The notes beneath the pieces were generated by a model. The model searched no databases. It was not told the DNA's origin and saw only the letters and a list, made by a program, of their open reading frames with translations. Shown piece by piece: positions 57,879 through 64,000 of a DNA stretch of 64,000 bases (position 1 is the first letter of the stretch; every line of letters starts with the position of its first letter). A program made the position numbers and the translations under genes. Source of the stretch: a virus; IMG/VR virus record IMGVR_UViG_3300046832_000578; one strand, 5' to 3'.

Positions 57879-59800
57879 TGAGATTCTGGGGATTATTGCT
57901 TGTAGTATTGTCGGTGGTGCTTGTAACACCTAAAGCACACTCACAAATAGTGACAATTCCAATTCCAGGAAGTCCACTGTCACTAAATGTGATGGCCAAT
58001 CCACAACCACTACAAAACATATACAATAATCCATCAGCAGTGCCTTATCAATTGTGGGATGATGGATGGGCAAATGTGCCATTACCATTCACGTTTCCAT
58101 TCTTTGATAAAACATTCAATAACTCTACAATGTATAGTAATGGTGCTGTGCAGTTTGGACCACCAGTAACAGGATTTCCATCTAACAACACTTTTTGCTG
58201 TAGTGGTATTACGATTGATAGAAATACACCATCAGCATACAATTATAGCATTCTTATGATGCAAGACGATTTGTATGGAGCGACTGGAAACAATCACTAT
58301 TCATTGGGCACGTCAAACACAATGACCTATGGTTGGTATAATGTTGAACGATTGGGAATGCCTCAAAACAAAACCAGTTTTGAATTAAAGATTGATAGCA
58401 CTGGCGGTATTGATATGCGTTGGACTGGTGCATTACTATCGTACAGTTCACCAGCAATTGGAGTAATTGGTGATGCATCCAAAGGAGAGTTTGCTGTTCT
58501 TCAACAAGGTGGTCTAACAGCTAACACTTTCTCAATTCCAGGATTGACTCAGTGGACAACTGGACAAACTCCTGATATTATTATTGATCCATGCACAACT
58601 AATCCACTTTATGCACCATCATGTGCAGGTTATCAAGCAGCATACACTGAACAACAATGCTCAATTAATCCATTATACTCTACAACATGCTCAGGTTATC
58701 AGTCTGCATATACTCAGCAGCAGTGTTCTATTAATCCATTATATTCTATGACATGCTCTGGTTACCAACAAGCATATCACAGTCAACAATGTTCTCTTAA
58801 TGCACTCTATTCTACTGACTGTCCTGGATATGCATCTGCGTATTTAAATCAGCAGTGCAGTATTAATGCTCTTTATTCTACAACTTGTTCTGGATATCAA
58901 CAAGCATATCATGCTCAACAGTGCAGTATTAATGCTCTTTATTCTACAACTTGTTCTGGTTATGCTGAAGCATATAAAGCACAACAATGTTCATTAGATG
59001 GATTATACGACAGAACATGCCCAAACTATTCAACTGCTTATGCAACTAAAATGTTACTTGAACAACAAGGCACAGCAGGAACAGTAGCAACTGCAGGTAC
59101 AGTGGCACGAAACGATCCTGCCAATCAACCTGTTTCTACAACAACTGCTTCAGCTACAGTTGGTTCTGATGGCGCAGTTGCTGTTGGTGTTTCAAAAACA
59201 GGTGATAGTAATGTGGACAAAGCAATTGCTCCTCCACCACCAAGCGCAAATTCTGCTACCGCACCTGCTGGCGCAGTTCAGTTAGCACCACCTCCACCTG
59301 CTCCACAACAACAAATGGCTCAGAATGAACCAAAGGGTGGTGGCGATAAACCTGAACCAAGAGGTGGAAATAAACAAGAGGATAAAAAAGATGATGCTCC
59401 GAAAGGCTCTGGAGGCAGTTCTCCGTCACCGAATACTAATACTACTGCATCGTCATCTGATAAACCAGCAGCACCTACTGCTCGCCAAGCACTCCAAGAA
59501 CGAAGAGAAGCTGCAGCAAAAGCAGCAGCAGTAGAACAAGGTAAAAATCTTGCCAACGAAATGGGTAAAGCTGACAACATGGAACAACAGAAACAAGTTC
59601 AAAATGTCGTAATCCAAGCAATGGGATTCACACCTGGATTTGATACATACGGTAAAGCAATGCTACCAGATGTTGCAGGATATAAACCATACACAGTTTA
59701 TAATAATCAGAGAAATGTTGAGAATCGTGCTACATTAAGAATGTTTGGTGGTACTGATTCAGTGCATCAACAAATGATTGAGTCTCAATATAAGAGGTAA
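57878..59800 (+). CDS. Secreted protein: nidogen(NIDO)-like domain, Cys-rich 22-aa repeats, Pro/Ala-rich linker
   Basis: Signal peptide; DDG...V.LPF.FPFF; (QQCSINPLYSTTCSGYQ.AY) repeats. Confidence 0.7.
   Translation: MRFWGLLLVVLSVVLVTPKAHSQIVTIPIPGSPLSLNVMANPQPLQNIYNNPSAVPYQLWDDGWANVPLPFTFPFFDKTFNNSTMYSNGAVQFGPPVTGFPSNNTFCCSGITIDRNTPSAYNYSILMMQDDLYGATGNNHYSLGTSNTMTYGWYNVERLGMPQNKTSFELKIDSTGGIDMRWTGALLSYSSPAIGVIGDASKGEFAVLQQGGLTANTFSIPGLTQWTTGQTPDIIIDPCTTNPLYAPSCAGYQAAYTEQQCSINPLYSTTCSGYQSAYTQQQCSINPLYSMTCSGYQQAYHSQQCSLNALYSTDCPGYASAYLNQQCSINALYSTTCSGYQQAYHAQQCSINALYSTTCSGYAEAYKAQQCSLDGLYDRTCPNYSTAYATKMLLEQQGTAGTVATAGTVARNDPANQPVSTTTASATVGSDGAVAVGVSKTGDSNVDKAIAPPPPSANSATAPAGAVQLAPPPPAPQQQMAQNEPKGGGDKPEPRGGNKQEDKKDDAPKGSGGSSPSPNTNTTASSSDKPAAPTARQALQERREAAAKAAAVEQGKNLANEMGKADNMEQQKQVQNVVIQAMGFTPGFDTYGKAMLPDVAGYKPYTVYNNQRNVENRATLRMFGGTDSVHQQMIESQYKR
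58591..59040 (+). repeat. ~7 tandem 66-bp coding repeats (22-aa CxxxxLYxxxCxGY unit)
   Basis: Translation shows the repeat; two adjacent units share an exact nucleotide tract CAGTGCAGTATTAATGCTCTTTATTCTACAACTTGTTCTGG. Confidence 0.9.
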
Positions 59801-59802
59801 TT

Positions 59803-59976
59803 ATGGAAACACAATTAGCATTAGTGGCTTATATTTTAGCAGTTATATCTTTAGCAGTATCAGTATATGTTGCTTATCTCTTAAGTGAATTAAAAGATAG
59901 AATAACCCCACGAAAAGACAATCATATCCAACGACAACCTACAAAAGCACAGAAATTAAAAGGTCATTGGGACTAA
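59803..59976 (+). CDS. Small single-TM protein (57 aa)
   Basis: Manually translated METQLALVAYILAVISLAVSVYVAYLL...; GAGG SD. Confidence 0.65.
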   Translation: METQLALVAYILAVISLAVSVYVAYLLSELKDRITPRKDNHIQRQPTKAQKLKGHWD

Positions 59977-59986
59977 GGAGTAAAAG

Positions 59987-60583
59987 ATGTCAGAAGAAAT
60001 TAAAGATGTCAATGCAAAGATTGACGAGGCAGAAGCTACAGTAAAAAAGTATGCCAGCAAAGATACTGTAATTAGTATCGGTGGTTATGAGTTTACTCCA
60101 GCTAAACTTATGGTAGCATTTACTTTAGTATCATCATTGCTTGGTGGTCTATATGGATGCTTCGAAGTTTATAAAGATTATATGGGTATGAAGAAAAAGA
60201 TCGCTGAATATGTTACACCTGATCTTACTGAAATTTACAAAAAAATGGAAGTGTTAGATGCTAACACCAGTAAGATGGTTGAGTATACTGAATCTATTAA
60301 GGGTGATTTGAAGAATGATGTTCGCAGACTAGAAGGTGTAGTAGAAAATGTTGAAAGATCTAGTAAAACAGACCAGCGTTTGACAGATGCCACAGTTAAA
60401 GACATTAAGCGTGAGAACGATGCCACAGTTAAAGATATCAGAAGATACACTGATGAAACAATTAGAGATGTAAATCGTGAGATGGTAAAAAATCAAAAAG
60501 AAACAACAGCGGAAATCCGTGCGTTGAGAAGCGAAGTTGATATGAAGATTAAAAAAGCATTGGATAATCCTCTATCAAACTAG
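59987..60583 (+). CDS. TM + coiled-coil protein, paralog 1
   Basis: Shares VKKYASKDTVISIGGYEFTPAKLM and KALDNPL with next gene. Confidence 0.8.
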   Translation: MSEEIKDVNAKIDEAEATVKKYASKDTVISIGGYEFTPAKLMVAFTLVSSLLGGLYGCFEVYKDYMGMKKKIAEYVTPDLTEIYKKMEVLDANTSKMVEYTESIKGDLKNDVRRLEGVVENVERSSKTDQRLTDATVKDIKRENDATVKDIRRYTDETIRDVNREMVKNQKETTAEIRALRSEVDMKIKKALDNPLSN

Positions 60584-60593
60584 GAAAAGAGAA

Positions 60594-61073
60594 ATGACAG
60601 AGCAAATTAAAGATGTAAATAAAAAGATTGATGAGTTAGAAGCAGGTGTTAAGAAATACGCCAGCAAAGATACAGTTATTAGCATTGGTGGATACGAATT
60701 TACTCCAGCTAAACTTATGATAGCTGCAACTATTGTGTCATCAATACTCGGTGGACTATACGGAGCATTTGAAGTCTATAAATCATATCAAGATATGAAG
60801 ACTAAAATTGAAAAGTACGTAGCACCAGACTTAACAGAAATTGAAAAGAAGTTGGCGATTGTTGAAGAGAATTCTCAAAAGTCATCTGATTATACTCGTG
60901 ATATCAAGAACGATCTTAAGAATGACATCCGTCGTCTAGAGGGAGTTGTTGAAAGTGTGGAAAGATCATCTAAACAATCTCAAAGAGAGACTGAGCAAGA
61001 TGTTCGTAACTTACGAAAAGAAATAGATAGTAAGATCCAAAAAGCGTTAGATAATCCATTGGCAGGAAAATAA
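60594..61073 (+). CDS. TM + coiled-coil protein, paralog 2
   Basis: See paralog 1. Confidence 0.8.
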   Translation: MTEQIKDVNKKIDELEAGVKKYASKDTVISIGGYEFTPAKLMIAATIVSSILGGLYGAFEVYKSYQDMKTKIEKYVAPDLTEIEKKLAIVEENSQKSSDYTRDIKNDLKNDIRRLEGVVESVERSSKQSQRETEQDVRNLRKEIDSKIQKALDNPLAGK

Positions 61074-61089
61074 TTATAAGGAATTTGCC

Positions 61090-61371
61090 ATGAATGATAA
61101 AAAATTATTTAAATGGGTAATCATACTTCTTTTGTTACCACTTGGTTTGGCATATTTTGGCGGAGATCGTTTTAGATATCCATGTCAAGATCCAGACAAT
61201 TGGGACAAAGAGATGTGTAAGATGCCTAGATGCGACGTAACTAGAACTTGTCCTGAACATATTTTTAAAGGACAAAGAGATCCTAGACTTGGTCCACCAC
61301 CAACTAGAGTAGAACCGATGGGTGCAACACCAGCACCAACATGTCAACAACCAGCAGGAGCATGCAAATGA
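61090..61371 (+). CDS. Membrane-anchored Cys-rich small protein
   Basis: TM, then DRFRYPCQDP.NW....C..P.C.....CPE. Confidence 0.7.
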   Translation: MNDKKLFKWVIILLLLPLGLAYFGGDRFRYPCQDPDNWDKEMCKMPRCDVTRTCPEHIFKGQRDPRLGPPPTRVEPMGATPAPTCQQPAGACK

Positions 61372-61841
61372 GTGAACAATTTATGTACACAGAAGACCAG
61401 TTGATGGCTCGACTAAGATTCTTTATTGGAGTCTGTTTGGCACTAACATTGACTGGCATCGTTTTTGTGGTTTTATATTCAATTATTTTTGTGACACAAC
61501 CACTAAACGCTATTAGTCCAATTGACCAAAAATTCTTTGAGTTAATTATTCCTATTGCCACTTTCTTGACTGGTACTTTGTCAGGCATTATGCTGGCAGG
61601 TAAAGATCCTGAAGCAAACAAAATGGCACTACAAGCAGCAAACAAAGGATGGGATAAACCACCAACACCATCTGCACCATCTTCTGGTGGTATGCCACCT
61701 CGTCCATCAATCGGTGGAATGGTAAGTGGACTTGCAGCAGGTGCAACTGGTTTTGGTATGAGTGCAGGTTCACCAGTAATGACTAGAATGCCAGACTTAG
61801 AACCTGGAGATCCTACTCACAGAAATTTCCGTAATGATTAA
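61368..61841 (+). CDS. Two-TM membrane protein
   Basis: Two hydrophobic helices; P.D..FF..I.PIATFLTG.LSGIML. Confidence 0.7.
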   Translation: MSEQFMYTEDQLMARLRFFIGVCLALTLTGIVFVVLYSIIFVTQPLNAISPIDQKFFELIIPIATFLTGTLSGIMLAGKDPEANKMALQAANKGWDKPPTPSAPSSGGMPPRPSIGGMVSGLAAGATGFGMSAGSPVMTRMPDLEPGDPTHRNFRND

Positions 61842-61920
61842 TCCCTTTGATGTATGGGTAAGAACCATGTTAGAACTATGGTTTTTACCCTATAAAATCA
61901 TAGGAATGGCTTCCAAATAA
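61834..61920 (+). CDS. Small hydrophobic peptide (28 aa)
   Basis: Manually translated MINPFDVWVRTMLELWFLPYKIIGMASK; overlaps previous stop. Confidence 0.35.
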   Translation: MINPFDVWVRTMLELWFLPYKIIGMASK

Positions 61921-62014
61921 CCCTACAATCTGTAAGGTCATCCTAAACCCCTGTAAATACAGGGGTTTTTTCTTGTAAAAAGTGCTTGTCTTTAATTGCA
62001 AATTAGGGCATAAT
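61917..62014 (+). promoter_or_regulatory. Palindrome + early promoter cassette, copy E
   Basis: ATAACCCTACA..TGTAAGGT, AAACCCCTGTA-AA-TACAGGGGTTT, TTGTCT(61986)-TTAATTGC..-CATAAT(62009). Confidence 0.8.
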
Positions 62015-62044
62015 AGATGTATGAAAAGTGAAAAAGGAGTTGTT

Positions 62045-62203
62045 ATGAAAGGTTCGATTCGTTTAGTTGTGGGGTTTCTCCTCGTGTTCGGTGCTGTTGG
62101 TGGTCTTGACAATCCTGAGAATCCCGTGATGGCAGGAATTGCTCTTGCTGCAGTTGGTTTGGGTTTGATGTACTCTGGTTCAAAAGCGATGGAGCGTGTA
62201 TAA
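62045..62203 (+). CDS. Small two-TM early protein
   Basis: AAGGAG SD; hydrophobic hairpin. Confidence 0.65.
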   Translation: MKGSIRLVVGFLLVFGAVGGLDNPENPVMAGIALAAVGLGLMYSGSKAMERV

Positions 62204-62385
62204 TGGGTAAATTAAAAGAGTCTTTGATTACTTTGGAAGAAATGGTCGAGCAGGGTTTCACTGCTACTGAGATTAGCAATCAACTCGGTGTTTCTTATGA
62301 TTTGGCAATGCAATACATTTTTCAGCGTCATGAACTTGAATTGCAGAAACAACATGAATTTATGTCTTATGGAGAACAGCAATGA
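62203..62385 (+). CDS. Small HTH-like protein
   Basis: G.TATEIS.QLGVS pattern. Confidence 0.55.
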   Translation: MGKLKESLITLEEMVEQGFTATEISNQLGVSYDLAMQYIFQRHELELQKQHEFMSYGEQQ

Positions 62386-62618
62386 AAAATACAATTGAAT
62401 ATCGTGGTCAGACTTTTGACCGCACACATGGTAGTCCTTTCGATCGTGGTGCAGCTGATAGCTGGTACAGTCGTCCGCAAAGTCCACACTGGTATCCTAA
62501 GGGATCTTATCGTGGTGACCGAGTTGAATCTAAAGACATGAGTATTGCAGAAATGCGTGCATACTTCATGGGCTACGAATACAATGAGCAGTTCGGTGAT
62601 AAAAAGAGTTGGGATTAA
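62382..62618 (+). CDS. Conserved phage hypothetical protein
   Basis: HGSPFDRG.ADSWY.R...PH, E..AY..GY..NE..GD.K.W. Confidence 0.7.
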   Translation: MKNTIEYRGQTFDRTHGSPFDRGAADSWYSRPQSPHWYPKGSYRGDRVESKDMSIAEMRAYFMGYEYNEQFGDKKSWD

Positions 62619-62628
62619 AACCCCAAAT

Positions 62629-62787
62629 GGTCTTTGTGGAGGGATATCCGTGGCAGACCTTAAACAGCCTAAACAGCAGTCTATATCTACAGGTCGTTGC
62701 GTCCTTTGACTGAGAGACTATAAAGAAAGAGTCATAAACTGATGCAGTCTATTTTTGCTGGTTACAGACTATAAAGAAAAACCAGCA
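62629..62787 (+). ncRNA. Tandem H-type pseudoknot array (2 clear units + 1 weaker)
   Basis: AGTCT/AGACT stem 1 and A-rich ATAAAGAAA loop conserved; stem 2 differs but still pairs (TGACT/AGTCA; TGCTGGTT/AACCAGCA). Confidence 0.55.
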
Positions 62788-62807
62788 CTAATTTTGAAGG
62801 AGTTGTT

Positions 62808-63017
62808 ATGTTAGCATATTGTGATTACATCGCTAAAGTGATTAGCGAATCAATGAAGAAAGACTCGAATGATAATTATATGTCTTACATTGATAATGTT
62901 GGAAAGATTCAATGGGATCTCGGAGAGAAGGGAGAATTCCTTTCTACTAAAAAGACCATGTCTGTAGTTGATAGGAATGGTAAATGTTATCGTGTGACTG
63001 TTGAGGAAGTAAGATGA
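62808..63017 (+). CDS. Hypothetical protein
   Basis: AAGGAG SD. Confidence 0.65.
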   Translation: MLAYCDYIAKVISESMKKDSNDNYMSYIDNVGKIQWDLGEKGEFLSTKKTMSVVDRNGKCYRVTVEEVR

Positions 63018-63226
63018 TTAATGTGTTGAAGTGGGTTGCCACCATCGTTACAATCGCAGGGGCTATTGCAACTGCATTAATGATTGACCCATTAAACATC
63101 TGGCTATTAAACTTGGGTGCATTTTTGTTTTTGATTTGGGGTTTCCTAATCAAAGAGAAAGCGATGATTGCAGTGAACGCTGGTTTACTGCTCGTGTATG
63201 TTGGTGGAATTTTTTATAGGATGTGA
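63014..63226 (+). CDS. Small three-TM membrane protein
   Basis: Hydrophobic; LKW.AT...I.GA. Confidence 0.65.
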   Translation: MINVLKWVATIVTIAGAIATALMIDPLNIWLLNLGAFLFLIWGFLIKEKAMIAVNAGLLLVYVGGIFYRM

Positions 63227-63227
63227 C

Positions 63228-63530
63228 ATGAATAAATTTGCAGCAATGAAACAAAAGAATGCGATTGACAGTGAGATTCTCTTGATTACTCAAGAAGAAT
63301 GTGCTGAAGTTACGCAAGCGATAAGTAAGGTGTTCAGGTTCGGTATGGACGATGAACATAATGGACAAACTAATCGAGAACACCTAGAAGAAGAAATTGG
63401 TGACTTAATGTGTATGATTGACTTGCTTATCGAGAATGGTATTATTAGTGAATCTGCAGTAATTACTGCAAAAAACGAGAAGCTGAATAAGCTGATGACA
63501 TGGTCTGGAATTTTTAAGGATGCAGCATGA
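63228..63530 (+). CDS. MazG-like NTP pyrophosphohydrolase
   Basis: QEECAEV.QAISK..RFG, LEEEIGDL. Confidence 0.85.
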   Translation: MNKFAAMKQKNAIDSEILLITQEECAEVTQAISKVFRFGMDDEHNGQTNREHLEEEIGDLMCMIDLLIENGIISESAVITAKNEKLNKLMTWSGIFKDAA

Positions 63531-63766
63531 TTCAGATTAATAATCTATCGCCTTATGAAGTCGAAATGCTAGATCATATGTGGTCTTTGGACACTGAAGA
63601 AGAGTATTTTGAGTGGTGGAATTTGCTAGATGAAGAGGATCAGAGACTTGCAGATAGTCTGCAACAAATGGTTATCCTTGCATCTGCCGATGAAGTCTTA
63701 GAGAAAGATAATCAATATAAAGATGCAAAAGAATACCTAAAGAAATTTGCCTTGCAAAGAAAGTAA
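63527..63766 (+). CDS. Hypothetical protein
   Basis: Coupled ORF. Confidence 0.6.
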   Translation: MIQINNLSPYEVEMLDHMWSLDTEEEYFEWWNLLDEEDQRLADSLQQMVILASADEVLEKDNQYKDAKEYLKKFALQRK

Positions 63767-63775
63767 ATGTATAAT
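63747..63775 (+). promoter_or_regulatory. sigma70-type promoter
   Basis: TTGCCT-N17-TATAAT. Confidence 0.65.
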
Positions 63776-63781
63776 AGAACC

Positions 63782-63904
63782 TTGAAACCTAGAAATCCTA
63801 TTGCAAAGGATCTCCGCACTCCAAAGTATCGCATGCGAAAAGTGGAGAGCAAGGTTCAGTACATTCGTAAACCTAAGCACAAAAAGGACACATATGAGTC
63901 TTAA
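63782..63904 (+). CDS. Small basic peptide (RNPIAKDLRTPKYRMRKVESKVQYIRKPKHK)
   Basis: Manually translated; TTG start just after promoter (in-frame ATG at 63767 overlaps the -10 box). Confidence 0.55.
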   Translation: MKPRNPIAKDLRTPKYRMRKVESKVQYIRKPKHKKDTYES

Positions 63905-64000
63905 TTATGAGGCAGAGTTCTATCGAAGTGGTCTGTTAAAGACTGTTAAGATTAAGGAACATAACATGGGCACATCTTATGAAATGATTGAATTTACAAT
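63894..64000 (+). CDS. Hypothetical protein, truncated by window end
   Basis: AAGGA SD, ATG 63894, open to end. Confidence 0.5.
   Translation, partial: MSLNYEAEFYRSGLLKTVKIKEHNMGTSYEMIEFT

Noticed and set aside
62740-62790. preQ1-I riboswitch
   Set aside because: The topology and A-rich tail are similar, but I cannot identify the conserved ligand-binding loop residues, stem 2 is longer than expected, and no queuosine genes are adjacent.
62660-62790. CRISPR mini-array
   Set aside because: The repeats are short, split and interleaved with pairing segments rather than identical repeats with unique spacers; no cas genes.
1114-63383. Numerous minus-strand and nested alternate-frame ORFs
   Set aside because: They are shadows of well-supported + strand genes, with no SD or motif support.
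1-64000. tRNA or rRNA genes, integrase, alternative genetic code
   Set aside because: No cloverleaf or T-loop signatures were noticed in intergenic gaps, no recombinase was seen, and core genes translate intact with the standard code.

Overview
A 64 kb segment of a T4-like (Tevenvirinae/Kyanoviridae-style) lytic myophage genome, AT-rich and almost entirely + strand. It runs from the end of the prohead scaffold gene and gp23 through the replication/recombination core (gp3, uvsY, uvsW, gp55, gp47/46, CobT/CobS-like pair, gp45/44/62, regA, hsp20, ligase, gp43, uvsX, gp41, gp61, thyX, nrdAB). It also holds spanin-like genes, host-like metabolic genes (fatty-acid desaturase, iscU, iscA/erpA) and a late membrane/secreted-protein cluster. 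Main highlights: (1) a DNA hypermodification operon at 30.5-35.2 kb (TET/JBP dioxygenase, class-II glutamine amidotransferase, GNAT, amino-acid:DNA transferase, P-loop kinase), in which three enzymes end in the same clamp-binding-like peptide as the DNA polymerase. (2) A 23-codon pqqA (PQQ precursor peptide) gene missed by the ORF track, pointing to a PQQ-using, possibly methylotrophic, betaproteobacterial host. (3) A ROSE-like RNA thermometer before hsp20. (4) A tandem H-type pseudoknot array at 62.6-62.8 kb. (5) A palindrome plus sigma70-promoter cassette repeated five times. (6) A block of enzymes with capsid-targeting-like N-termini. All family calls come from motif recognition and synteny; no database search was run.
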